From Chloroflexota bacterium (GTDB lineage Bacteria; Chloroflexota; UBA11872; VXOZ01): DNA of 64,000 nucleotides. The notes below the pieces were generated by a model. The model made no database searches, was not told the DNA's origin, and worked only from the letters and a program-made list of their open reading frames with translations. Both the position numbers and the translations under genes were made by a program. The DNA lies in NCBI GenBank assembly GCA_963663275.1, contig OY760183.1, forward strand, positions 2,528,001-2,592,000, given 5' to 3'. Of the stretch, positions 38,602 through 47,973 are shown piece by piece (position 1 is the first letter of the stretch; every line of letters begins with the position of its first letter).

Positions 38602-39420
38602 ATGCCCATCATCCAAGAGCGCGCTACCGTCGTCTCAAACGAACCGGTGGCGGACGGGCTTCTCATCGTGCGCCTGCATTCGCCGCGGATCGCGGCGCAG
38701 TGCCAACCGGCGCAATTCGTGCACATGCGCTGCGGCGACGGCATCGATCCGCTCTTGTTGCGCCCCTTCAGCATGTTGACCGTGGACCGCGAGGCCGGCA
38801 CGCTGGACATTCTCTATCAGGTGGTTGGCAGCGGCACGGAAATCCTCGCCAGGCGGCGGGCGGGTGACGAGATTCTCCAGCTTGGACCGCTGGGCAAGAC
38901 TTTTACGGTTCCCCCCGATCCTGGAAATCTCCTCATGGTCGCGGGGGGCATCGGCATCGCGCCGCTGCTCTTCCTGGCGGAGTTGATGATCCCAAGTGGC
39001 TATACGGTCACGCTGCTGGCCGGGGCGCGTTCAGCCGCGCGCCACCTGCCGGCCGAGCATGTGCCCCAAGCGGTGGAGTACGTGCTGGCCACCGACGACG
39101 GCTCGGCCGGCTACCACGGGCCGGCGCCGGACCTCATCGCCGACTACTTCCTCTGGAGCGACGCAGTCTATATCTGCGGCCCCTGGCCGATGCTCACGGC
39201 GATCGACGCCGCCTATCAGGCGCGCGCCTGGGGCTGGCAGAGCACAAAGCCCATCCAGGTCTCGCTGGAAAACCAGATGGGCTGCGCCATGGGCGTCTGC
39301 CTCGGCTGCGTCGTGACCACGCCGCGAGGCTACGAGCGCGTCTGCCGCGACGGCCCGGTCTTCGCGCTGCGCGACCTGCACCGGGAGATTGCCTCCAGGC
39401 CAGTACACCACAGCCGGTAG
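38602..39420 (+). CDS. pyrK: Dihydroorotate dehydrogenase electron transfer subunit
   Basis: LRPFS, GPLG, AGGIGIAP, TDDGS, CGP, MGCAMGVCLGC...VCRDGPVF (2Fe-2S). Confidence 0.92.
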   Translation: MPIIQERATVVSNEPVADGLLIVRLHSPRIAAQCQPAQFVHMRCGDGIDPLLLRPFSMLTVDREAGTLDILYQVVGSGTEILARRRAGDEILQLGPLGKTFTVPPDPGNLLMVAGGIGIAPLLFLAELMIPSGYTVTLLAGARSAARHLPAEHVPQAVEYVLATDDGSAGYHGPAPDLIADYFLWSDAVYICGPWPMLTAIDAAYQARAWGWQSTKPIQVSLENQMGCAMGVCLGCVVTTPRGYERVCRDGPVFALRDLHREIASRPVHHSR

Positions 39421-39502
39421 CCCAAGGCCCCGAGGCATTGAAGCCCAACACGCATGTATTCCCGTGCGCGGGTGCCAGTCAATTCTCCTACAGGAATGGC
39501 CC

Positions 39503-39669
39503 CCTGTATTTCCAAACAGCGCGCGCCGGACTCCAGTCACTTTGAACAGAGTTCAGCGCCTGCCTGTCATTCCGAACAGAGCGCAGCGGAGTGAGGAATC
39601 TAGGGAGTTACTTCAGTGGGGGCTGGCCACTGCACGGGTCCTAGATTCCTCGCTCCGCTCGGAATGACA
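39503..39669. repeat. REP-like family B dyad preceded by two degenerate 30-bp tandem copies of its left arm
   Basis: TGTCATTCCGAACAGAGCGCAGCGGAGTGAGGAATCTAG (39565)...CTAGATTCCTCGCTCCGCTCGGAATGACA (39669). Confidence 0.75.
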
Positions 39670-39713
39670 ATATGCCATGTAATACTTCAACGCTCTCAGC
39701 CAAGGCTTCACCG

Positions 39714-40820
39714 TCACCACGCCGAGAACTTCAGACACACCGGCGTCGGCACGGCGGCAACGTGTCCGGTAGGCTCCAGGGCGCCGGTATCCAAGTCGAT
39801 GCGGAATGTGACGACAGTGTCGGTGTCCTGGTTCGCCGCCAGCAGGAACGCGCCGCTGGGGTCGATGACGAAGTTGCGCGGCACTTCACCCTCAGTAGAT
39901 TGATGCCCTACAAGACTGAGGGTACTGACCGCGTCGTCCACCGCGTAGATGGCGATGCTGTCGTGACCGCGATTGGAGCCGTACACGAACCTGCCCGTAG
40001 GGTGCACGTGCACGTCCGCGGTATGGCTGGTCTCGGTGAAGTCCGGCGGCAACGTCGGAATCGTCTGCAACTCCGCCAGCGCGCCGCGCTCCTGGTCGTA
40101 TGCGAAGACCGTTATCGTATTGCCAATCTCGTTGATCACGTAGACCACCCGGCCGTTCGGATGGAAGTCGAGGTGGCGCGGCCCCGCGCCGGGATGCACG
40201 GTCGCAAACGCCGGATCGTTTGGCGGCAGTTTGCCGTTCTCCAAGTCCAGCCCGTAGACCAGCACCTGATCCAGTCCCAGGTCGCAGGCCAGCGCAAAGC
40301 GGTTCGCCGGGTCCGGCGTAAACGAGTGCGCGTGCGGCTCCCCCTGGCGGTCCGGATTGACGCTAGAGCCCACGTGTTGCGCCCAGTCCGTCGCGGGCCC
40401 CACGCTGCCGTCCTCCTCGATTGGCAGTATCGCCACGCTGCCGCCCATGTAGTTCGCCGCTATCGCGTATCGCCCCGTCTGTTCCACGCTCACGTGGCAG
40501 GGTCCCGCGCCGTGCGAGGACTGCCGGTTGAGAAAGGTCAAGCCGCCGGTTGCCGGATCCACCGCGAACGCGCTCACCGCGCCGCCGGTGTGTCCGTCGA
40601 TCTCCGGCACGGCATTCACGGCGTAGAGGAACGGACGCGCCGGATGCAACGTCAGGAAAGACGGATTGGGCACGCCCGGCACGCTGTGCACAAGCTCCAC
40701 CGCGCCGCTGGCCGTGTCCATGCGGCAGACGTAGATGCCGTCCGCGCCGCCGCCAAGTTCGGTCTCCCCCGTAAACGTGCCGACATAGATGAATCTCGCT
40801 TCGGTTGATTGTGCGCTCAT
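39714..40820 (-). CDS. pgl: Lactonase family 7-bladed propeller (6-phosphogluconolactonase-like)
   Basis: YVGT, NPSFL, GPCH, ANY, PHAH, DLGLD, GAGPRH, SNRGHDS, PRNF, ANQD. Confidence 0.88.
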   Translation of the reverse strand: MSAQSTEARFIYVGTFTGETELGGGADGIYVCRMDTASGAVELVHSVPGVPNPSFLTLHPARPFLYAVNAVPEIDGHTGGAVSAFAVDPATGGLTFLNRQSSHGAGPCHVSVEQTGRYAIAANYMGGSVAILPIEEDGSVGPATDWAQHVGSSVNPDRQGEPHAHSFTPDPANRFALACDLGLDQVLVYGLDLENGKLPPNDPAFATVHPGAGPRHLDFHPNGRVVYVINEIGNTITVFAYDQERGALAELQTIPTLPPDFTETSHTADVHVHPTGRFVYGSNRGHDSIAIYAVDDAVSTLSLVGHQSTEGEVPRNFVIDPSGAFLLAANQDTDTVVTFRIDLDTGALEPTGHVAAVPTPVCLKFSAW

Positions 40821-40926
40821 CGCTTGCGTTTCTCTCCTCATTGCTCAGAGTTTACGAATTGTACGGGCTGGCCGCGTTGCGCCGCCCGGCAAGATGCCGC
40901 CGACCGGCGGCGGAGCGGCAGGTGGC

Positions 40927-41835
40927 CTATCCTCCCAGGAGATCGTCCAACGCCTCCTCCAGGGTAGGATACCGGAACTCATATCCCGCTTCAGCCAGCC
41001 GTTGCGGCAGCGCGCGCTGGCCGTGCACGACCAGGTCCGCCATTTCACCCATTGCCAGGCGCAGCGCCCACGACGGCACGCGCATGAACGACGGCCGGCC
41101 CAGCGCGCCCCCCACCGCCCGGGCAAAGGCGGCATACCGCGCCGGCTGCGGCGCGCACAGGTTCACCGGCCCGGCAACGCCGCCGCTGGTCATCAGAAAC
41201 TCGATAGCCCCCGTCACGTCGTCGATGTGAATCCACGGCGCCCATTGCTGGCCGCTGCCCAGTGAACCGCCCGCGAAGAAGCGAAACGGCAGCGCCACCC
41301 GCGGCAGCACGCCGCCCGCGGCGCTGAGCGCCAGGCCCAAGCGCAGCAGCACCAGCCGCGTTCCAGGCTCCTCCACCGCCGCCGCGCGCTCCCACTCCTG
41401 GGACAGGTCGGCGAGGAAGTCATTGCCCGCAGGGGACTGTTCGTCCACTTCCCGGTCGCCGGTGTTGCCATAGTAGCCGACAGCGGAGGCCTGTATCAGC
41501 ACTGACGGCTTGCGGGCGGCGGCGCGAATCGCGGCTGCCACCGCGTTGGTGGATTGAATGCGGCTGTCGCGCAGCCGCCGCTTCTGCGCATACGTCCAGC
41601 GCCTGGCGGCGATGCTCTCTCCCGCCAGATTCACGATTACGTCCGCGTCCTCCACCTGCTCTTCCCAGCCTTCGCTGCTGCTGCCGTCCCACCCGGCAAC
41701 CTCCGCGCCGTCCGGCAAGCCGGACACCCGGTAGGGCCGCCGGCTGAGAACGACGACCGCATGTCCCTGGGCGCAGAGATACTGGGTGAGGGCGCTGCCG
41801 ATCAACCCGCTGCCACCGGCGATTATCACGCGCAT
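40927..41835 (-). CDS. TIGR01777 (YfcH-like) NAD-dependent epimerase family protein
   Basis: IAGGSGLIG, VNLAGE, SASAVGYYG-like, GSGQQWAPWIHIDD, GPVNL. Confidence 0.9.
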   Translation of the reverse strand: MRVIIAGGSGLIGSALTQYLCAQGHAVVVLSRRPYRVSGLPDGAEVAGWDGSSSEGWEEQVEDADVIVNLAGESIAARRWTYAQKRRLRDSRIQSTNAVAAAIRAAARKPSVLIQASAVGYYGNTGDREVDEQSPAGNDFLADLSQEWERAAAVEEPGTRLVLLRLGLALSAAGGVLPRVALPFRFFAGGSLGSGQQWAPWIHIDDVTGAIEFLMTSGGVAGPVNLCAPQPARYAAFARAVGGALGRPSFMRVPSWALRLAMGEMADLVVHGQRALPQRLAEAGYEFRYPTLEEALDDLLGG

Positions 41836-41966
41836 CGTAGCCTCCCTTCGTGTTGCCGCCGCGGTGCGCAATACATCACGTCAAGATGCGTTTCTCCCCG
41901 TCGTTACTGGCATGAGAGCGTTTGGCGAATTGAGGCGGACAGCCTGAATCTGGTATAATGCAGGGT

Positions 41967-42923
41967 GTGAATGAACCGCAAACACTGAGGCCGATTGAAG
42001 CCTTAACCAAGTCCGGCTCTCTGCTCAATCGACGCATCTGGCTGCTCCTCCTGCCGGTTGGGTTGGATATTGTCATTTGGTTTGCGCCCCGTGTAGTCCC
42101 GGGCCCGGGATTCCTCAGCTTCACGGAGAGTCTCTCCGCCGAAGAGCAGGGCCTGTTCGCGTTCTTCGAGCAGTTGAACATCCTCTCGCTCGCGCTGGGC
42201 GTCTGGGTGCCCTCGCTTGGCGTAACGCTCTCCGGCGCCGGCGCGGAATCCGTCGTGGAAGTAGAGTCGCTGGGCCAACTCTTCCTCATCCTCGCGCTTC
42301 TGCTTACGGTGAGTTTTGTGGCGGGCAGCGCCTATCTTGCCCTGGTTGCCGCGACCGTGCAGGAGCAGGCGTTGACCTGGGAAACCCTGGCGCTGCGGGT
42401 CATGCGGCTGGCGCCCCGCCTGGTCGGCCTTACCGGCATCGTGCTGGTCTTGAACGTGATCCCCATCGCCGTCGCCGGCTTCATTACGGCCCTGGCGCCG
42501 CCGCTGGGCACGCTGTTCATGTTGCTTGTGCTGGTGCTGTTGTTTTGGATTGCCTTCCACGCATTCTATATCGTAGACAGCATCGCGCTGGCGCGCCAGA
42601 GCCTGTTGACGGTCATGCGGCTCTCGCTCCGGCTCGTGCACGGCAATCTGTGGTCCGCTTTCGTCTTCTTCCTGGTCTACTGGGTCATCATACTCCTGAC
42701 GAGCGTCTTTTGGAATGAACTGATCGACCTGCGGATTGCCAGCCTCGGACTTGGCAGGATGGTCGCCGTCGTCGGCAACGCCTACGTGGGAACGTGGCTG
42801 ACGATCGCCGTGTTCTTGTACGTCTGGAATCGCATTCTCATTCACCGTGGAGAGTCATCTCCCGCCCAAACCGTGCCGGACATCCACTCGCAAAGGGACC
42901 CCAATGGCAAAGAACACAGTTGA
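41967..42923 (+). CDS. Hypothetical multi-pass membrane protein
   Basis: About 7 hydrophobic segments; overlaps the gyrB start; GTG 41967 chosen because ATG 41958 lies inside the TATAAT box. Confidence 0.7.
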   Translation: MNEPQTLRPIEALTKSGSLLNRRIWLLLLPVGLDIVIWFAPRVVPGPGFLSFTESLSAEEQGLFAFFEQLNILSLALGVWVPSLGVTLSGAGAESVVEVESLGQLFLILALLLTVSFVAGSAYLALVAATVQEQALTWETLALRVMRLAPRLVGLTGIVLVLNVIPIAVAGFITALAPPLGTLFMLLVLVLLFWIAFHAFYIVDSIALARQSLLTVMRLSLRLVHGNLWSAFVFFLVYWVIILLTSVFWNELIDLRIASLGLGRMVAVVGNAYVGTWLTIAVFLYVWNRILIHRGESSPAQTVPDIHSQRDPNGKEHS

Positions 42924-44871
42924 AGACCGGAGCAGCGCGGCAACCTTGGTCGCGGATGATGAAATTGCGGATCCCCTCGCAAACGACTACACCGCCGCCG
43001 ACATCCAGGTGCTGGAAGGCCTGGAGCCGGTGCGCACCCGCCCGGGCATGTTCATCGGCAGCACGGACGTGCGGGGTCTCCATCACCTGGTCTACGAGGT
43101 AGTGGACAACAGCGTTGACGAGGCGCTGGCCGGCCTCTGCGACCGCATTCGCGTGACGCTCCACGCGGATAGCAGCGTAACGGTGGAGGACAACGGCCGC
43201 GGCATCCCGGTAGACGTGCACGAAAAGACCGGCGTCTCCGCCCTGGAGACCGTGCTGACGCGGCTTCACGCCGGCGGCAAGTTTGGCGGCAAGAGCTACA
43301 AGGTTTCCGGCGGCCTCCACGGTGTGGGCGTTTCCATCGTGAACGCGCTCTCCCAGTGGCTGGTGGCCACGGTCTACCAGGCGCCCGACGCCTACCGGCA
43401 GGAGTACCGCAACGGCGCGCCTCTGGGGCAGGTCGAACGCAACGGCGAGACCGAGCGGAACGGCACCACCATCCGGTTCCTCCCCGACCGCGCGATCATG
43501 GAGACCTTGGACTACGACTTCAACACGCTTGCCCAGCGATTCCGGGAGGTGGCCTACCTCTGCCCGGGGCTGCGGATCGAGTTCCGCGACGAGCGGGCCG
43601 GCCGCGAACTGACGTTCTACTTCGAGAGCGGCATCCGCGCCTTCGTCCACCAGATGAACCGCCGCAAGACGATCATCAACAGCGAGGAGATCTTCTTCAG
43701 CGGCGCGGCGGACTCGCTCCAGTTGGAAGCGGCGCTGCAATACACGCAGAGCTACGACGAACGCATCTACGCTTTCGCCAACACCATCAACAACGTGGAC
43801 GGCGGCACGCACCTCACCGGCTTTCGCTCCGCCTTGACGCGCACGCTCAACGACTACTCCCGCAAGCAGAACCTCATCAAGGAGAAAGACCTCTCGCTCA
43901 CCGGCGACGACGTGCGCACCGGCTTGACGGCGGTCATTAGCGTGCGGCTCATGAACCCGCAGTTCGAGGGCCAGACCAAAGCCAAGTTGGGCAATTCCGA
44001 AGTGCGCGGCTTCGTCGAGTCCACGGTCAATGAGAAACTCGGCCAGTACCTGGAAGAGCATCCGAGTGAGGCCAAGGCGATCATAGACAAGTGCCTCAAC
44101 GCCGCGCGCGCCCGCGTGGCCGCCCAGAAGGCCCGCGACATGGTGACGCGCAAGGGCTACCTGGACGTTTCCACGCTACCCGGCAAGCTTGCCGACTGCT
44201 CGGAGCGGAGTATGGAGAACGCCGAAATCTTCATCGTGGAGGGCGATTCGGCCGGCGGCAACGCCAAGCAAGGACGCGAGCGGCGCTTCCAGGCGATTCT
44301 CCCGCTGCGGGGCAAGATCCTCAATGCCGAGCGCACCAACCTGGACCGCATGCTCTCCAACGCGGAGATTCGCGCCCTGGTGACGGCGCTGGGCACGAGC
44401 ATCGGCGAGACGTTCGACATCGGCAAGTTGCGCTATGGCAAGATCATCATCATGACCGACGCCGACGTAGACGGCGCGCACATCCGCACGCTGCTCCTCA
44501 CTTTCTTCTTCCGCTACATGCGCGACATCATCACCAACCGGCGGCTCTACATCGCCCAAGCGCCGCTCTATCGCGTGGCGCGCAACCGGGACGTGCAGTA
44601 CGCCTGGGACGACGCGGAGCGCGACCGCATTCTCAAGCAGTTCAATCGCGCGAACGTCGCCATCCAGCGGTACAAGGGACTTGGCGAAATGAACGCCGAT
44701 CAACTCTGGGAGACCACCATGGATCCGGCGCGCCGCAAACTCCTCCACGTCATGCTGGAAGACCAGGCCGCCGTGAGTTCGGTGTTCGATCGTCTCATGG
44801 GGGACGACCCGCAGGCCCGCAAGCACTTCATCCAGGCGCATGCCAAGGAAGTCCAACATCTCGACGTTTAA
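42904..44871 (+). CDS. gyrB: Type IIA topoisomerase B subunit (DNA gyrase B)
   Basis: RPGMFIG, EVVDNSVDE, DNGRGIP, GGLHGVG, FEGQTK, EGDSAGG, PLRGKILN, MTDADVDG, YKGLGEM. Confidence 0.9.
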   Translation: MAKNTVEDRSSAATLVADDEIADPLANDYTAADIQVLEGLEPVRTRPGMFIGSTDVRGLHHLVYEVVDNSVDEALAGLCDRIRVTLHADSSVTVEDNGRGIPVDVHEKTGVSALETVLTRLHAGGKFGGKSYKVSGGLHGVGVSIVNALSQWLVATVYQAPDAYRQEYRNGAPLGQVERNGETERNGTTIRFLPDRAIMETLDYDFNTLAQRFREVAYLCPGLRIEFRDERAGRELTFYFESGIRAFVHQMNRRKTIINSEEIFFSGAADSLQLEAALQYTQSYDERIYAFANTINNVDGGTHLTGFRSALTRTLNDYSRKQNLIKEKDLSLTGDDVRTGLTAVISVRLMNPQFEGQTKAKLGNSEVRGFVESTVNEKLGQYLEEHPSEAKAIIDKCLNAARARVAAQKARDMVTRKGYLDVSTLPGKLADCSERSMENAEIFIVEGDSAGGNAKQGRERRFQAILPLRGKILNAERTNLDRMLSNAEIRALVTALGTSIGETFDIGKLRYGKIIIMTDADVDGAHIRTLLLTFFFRYMRDIITNRRLYIAQAPLYRVARNRDVQYAWDDAERDRILKQFNRANVAIQRYKGLGEMNADQLWETTMDPARRKLLHVMLEDQAAVSSVFDRLMGDDPQARKHFIQAHAKEVQHLDV

Positions 44872-45042
44872 TCGTTTATGTCATATACTGGAGAAGTGAG
44901 AGCGATTGAGAAGCCCCGGGGCTTGACCGACCGCGCCGCGCCGCTGAGAGCGTGACCGGGGTTGCTGCCTTACCGGCAGCCGCGCATGACCGCGAGGATC
45001 CAAAGATGTATCCTTAAGGCAAAGGCAACGGAGCCGCCTGGT

Positions 45043-46326
45043 ATGAACATATCTCCAGACAACGCGCAGTTCGTCGTGCTCAGCTTCGAAGGGCCGGACC
45101 GCTACTCCCAGGCCGGAGGCTTGGGCACGCGCGTTACCGAACTGACCCGCGCCCTGGCGCAGGCCGGTTACACTACCCACCTGCTATTCGTCGGCGACCC
45201 CAGCCTGCCCGGGGTCGAGTCCCGAGAGGACGGCAACCTGCGCCTCTACCGCTGGTGCCAGTGGATCAGCCAAGGGTACCCCAGCGGCGCGTACGAGGCC
45301 GAATGGGAAAAGCTGGCCGACTTCGCCAACAGCGTGCCCTGGTTCGTTACCGAACGCATTGTGCGGCCCGCCGCCGACCAGGGCAAACTCACCGTTATCA
45401 TGGCGGAAGAGTGGCACACGGCAGACACCCTCGCGCGCCTGAGCGATTCCCTGCACTTCAACGGCCTGCGCCAGCAGTGCGTGCTGTTGTGGAACGCGAA
45501 CAACGAGTACGGCTTCGGCCACCTCGACCTGCCGCGCCTGGGATTTGTCGCTACCATTACCACCGTAAGCCGGTTCATGAAGCACCGTCTCTGGGATTGG
45601 GGCCTGAACCCGCTGGTGCTGCCCAACGGCATCCCCAGCCGCCTGCTCGACAAAGTGCCGAAGCAGCCGGTCAGCAAGCTGCGCCGGGGCATGGCGGCCG
45701 ACTTCCTCTTGCTCAAGATGGGCCGGTTCGCCCCGGACAAGCGTTGGCTCCAGGCCATCGAGGCCGCGGCGCACCTCAAGCACGCCGGGCACCGGGTACG
45801 CTTCCTGGCGCGCGGCGGACTGGAGCCCCACGGCGGCGAGGTGCTGCACCGCGCGGCGGAGATGGGCCTGACCGTGCGCGACGTGCACAGCAATAACGCT
45901 CACGTGGATGACGCCGTTGACGCGATTCTCGCCGCCGGGGACGCGGACGTCCTGAATCTCCGCGACTTCGTGCCCGAGGCGTTGCAGCGCGTCTTCTACT
46001 CCGCCACCGACGCGGTGCTGACCAACAGCGGCTACGAACCGTTCGGTCTGGTGGGACTGGAGGCGATGGCGTGCGGGGCCGTGGTGGTTACGGGCACGAC
46101 GGGTGAAGACTACGCCGTGCAACTGCACAACGCGCTCTCGGTCGAAACCGACGACCCGGCGGAGCTTGCCAGCTATCTGCGCCTGGTTCACGAGCAACCC
46201 GACGCGGTGCGGCAGATCCAGCGCCACGCGCGGCAGACGGCGGCGCTCTTTACCTGGGAATCGGCCATTCGGGACCTGGTGGGCAAGGTTGGCTACCTGG
46301 CCGCCAAGCAAGGCCTCCAGCTCTAA
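45043..46326 (+). CDS. Glycosyltransferase family 4
   Basis: AGGLG, EEWHT, ITTVS, PNGI, EPFGLVGLEAM. Confidence 0.88.
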   Translation: MNISPDNAQFVVLSFEGPDRYSQAGGLGTRVTELTRALAQAGYTTHLLFVGDPSLPGVESREDGNLRLYRWCQWISQGYPSGAYEAEWEKLADFANSVPWFVTERIVRPAADQGKLTVIMAEEWHTADTLARLSDSLHFNGLRQQCVLLWNANNEYGFGHLDLPRLGFVATITTVSRFMKHRLWDWGLNPLVLPNGIPSRLLDKVPKQPVSKLRRGMAADFLLLKMGRFAPDKRWLQAIEAAAHLKHAGHRVRFLARGGLEPHGGEVLHRAAEMGLTVRDVHSNNAHVDDAVDAILAAGDADVLNLRDFVPEALQRVFYSATDAVLTNSGYEPFGLVGLEAMACGAVVVTGTTGEDYAVQLHNALSVETDDPAELASYLRLVHEQPDAVRQIQRHARQTAALFTWESAIRDLVGKVGYLAAKQGLQL

Positions 46327-46336
46327 GGCGGAGCAG

Positions 46337-47542
46337 ATGGCTGATAACTTTGTGATCTACGTCATCGCCCACCAGCCGCGGCGCGTGCGCTTGCCCGCCT
46401 CCGTCATCCCGGCCGGCGCGGCGCCGGCGGAGATGGCCCCGCTGCTCTTCGACGAGCTAATGAACGAGCGGTACTTCCGCAAGGTGGCCCGCTACTGCTA
46501 CAAGCCGGCCACGGACTTGTGGCTGCGGCTGCTCGACTCCGGCCTCAAGCTCTGCTTTGGCATCTCGCTCTCGCTCGTCCGGCAGGCGCGGCAGTGGGAC
46601 CCGTCCGTGCTGGCGGGGTTCAAGCGCATCGTCGCCCATCCCAACACGGAACTGATCGGCGTCGAGCCGTACCACTCCTTCCTCATGCTCATCGATCTGC
46701 CGGCCTTCACGGCGCGCATGAGGGACATGGCCGATCAGGTGACCGAGATTTTCGGCAAGCGGCCGGTCGTGACCGACACCACCGAGATGCTCATCTCCGA
46801 TACGATTGTCAGCGCGTTGGGCGCGGCCGGCTTTCGCGGCGCTCTGATGGACGGCCGGGAGTGGCTACTCGATTGGCGCCAGCCAACCCACCTCTACTAC
46901 GACCACCCGGGCGTGAAACTGCTGGCGCGGCACTACGAACTCAGCGACGACGTCGGCTATCGCTTCTCGCAGCGCCAGTGGGCCGGTTGGCCGCTCATGG
47001 CGGACGACTACGCCCATTGGGTAGCGACCGCCGCGGGCCCGTTCGTAATGGCGGGCTGGGACTTCGAGACCTTTGGCGAGCACCAGTACTACGACAGCGG
47101 CGTCTTCGAGTTCATGGAGGCGCTGCCGCGCTACCTGAAACGCGAAGGCGTCAACCCGGCCACGGCCACGGAAGTAATCGACGCGTACGGCGGCCAAGCA
47201 TACCACCTCTCGCTGCCGCCTTTTCCCGGCACGTGGGCCGGTTCAGGAGGCGCCGAATTCTTTCTGGGCAACGACCCCCAGCGCGCCCTCTTTCACCTCA
47301 TGACCGCCTGCTATCACAAGGCGCGGCTTACGGAGAATGAAGAACTCATCGACCTTGCCCTCTGGCTGACGCAATCCGACAACCTGCACCTGATCAACTG
47401 GTGGGGCCGCTGGGGATCGGAAGCGGAGGTGTCCGTCTACTTCATGCCCGACGAGTGGTGGCGCTTGGGGGTGGACGGCATCATCTGGGAGCAGCAGTGC
47501 GTCTACAGAAACTTCCTGAAGGCGCTGGACTACTACCTGTAA
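46337..47542 (+). CDS. Glycoside hydrolase family 57
   Basis: AHQP, CYKPA, EPYHS, TTEM (nucleophile region), LSDDVGYRFS, WDFETFGEH, WLTQSDN. Confidence 0.88.
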   Translation: MADNFVIYVIAHQPRRVRLPASVIPAGAAPAEMAPLLFDELMNERYFRKVARYCYKPATDLWLRLLDSGLKLCFGISLSLVRQARQWDPSVLAGFKRIVAHPNTELIGVEPYHSFLMLIDLPAFTARMRDMADQVTEIFGKRPVVTDTTEMLISDTIVSALGAAGFRGALMDGREWLLDWRQPTHLYYDHPGVKLLARHYELSDDVGYRFSQRQWAGWPLMADDYAHWVATAAGPFVMAGWDFETFGEHQYYDSGVFEFMEALPRYLKREGVNPATATEVIDAYGGQAYHLSLPPFPGTWAGSGGAEFFLGNDPQRALFHLMTACYHKARLTENEELIDLALWLTQSDNLHLINWWGRWGSEAEVSVYFMPDEWWRLGVDGIIWEQQCVYRNFLKALDYYL

Positions 47543-47578
47543 ACAGCGTGTCTCCCCACACCCCAGCCCTCTCCCCAC

Positions 47579-47721
47579 GGAGACCTTTGCGTTACCCCTT
47601 CTCCATTGAGGGGGAAGGCCGGGATGGGGGTGAAAAGGCTTGACGGCAAGCAATCCAAAAGGGTAAAGGCGCCTCTGGATTCCGGTTTTCACCGGAATGA
47701 CAGAGTTGTGCAAAGGTCTCT
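47579..47721 (+). mobile_element. MITE family 1 (143 bp; TIR GAGACCTTTGC; 3-bp TSD CAC)
   Basis: GGAGACCTTTGCGTTAC...GTTGTGCAAAGGTCTCT flanked by CAC on both sides; inverted sister copy at 63348-63489. Confidence 0.8.
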
Positions 47722-47728
47722 CACGGGA

Positions 47729-47879
47729 AACTGACAAGCGTATGAAAGTGTCATTCCGAGCGGAGCGAGGAATCTAGAATTGACGATATTGCAGAGCAGC
47801 GCCTTAGATTCCTCTCTCCGCTTCGCTCCGTTCGGAATGACACGAGAAGTCGATGATGAGGCGCGTACCCTTATCAGCC
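47729..47879. mobile_element. Putative MITE family 2 copy enclosing a family B dyad
   Basis: AACTGACAAGCGTA...TACCCTTATCAGCC ends; dyad at 47749-47842. Confidence 0.5.
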
Positions 47880-47973
47880 CAGGGATGAGGCGCCTGCCCC
47901 AAATCAGCACAGGGATAGGGAGTCTTCTTGTGTTCCAGGCAGCGCCTCGACACTGTTGGTGGAGAGGCGGCTG

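Noticed and set aside
44895-45040. TPP riboswitch or glmS ribozyme
   Set aside because: Contains CTGAGA but lacks the other TPP core segments and the glmS catalytic core
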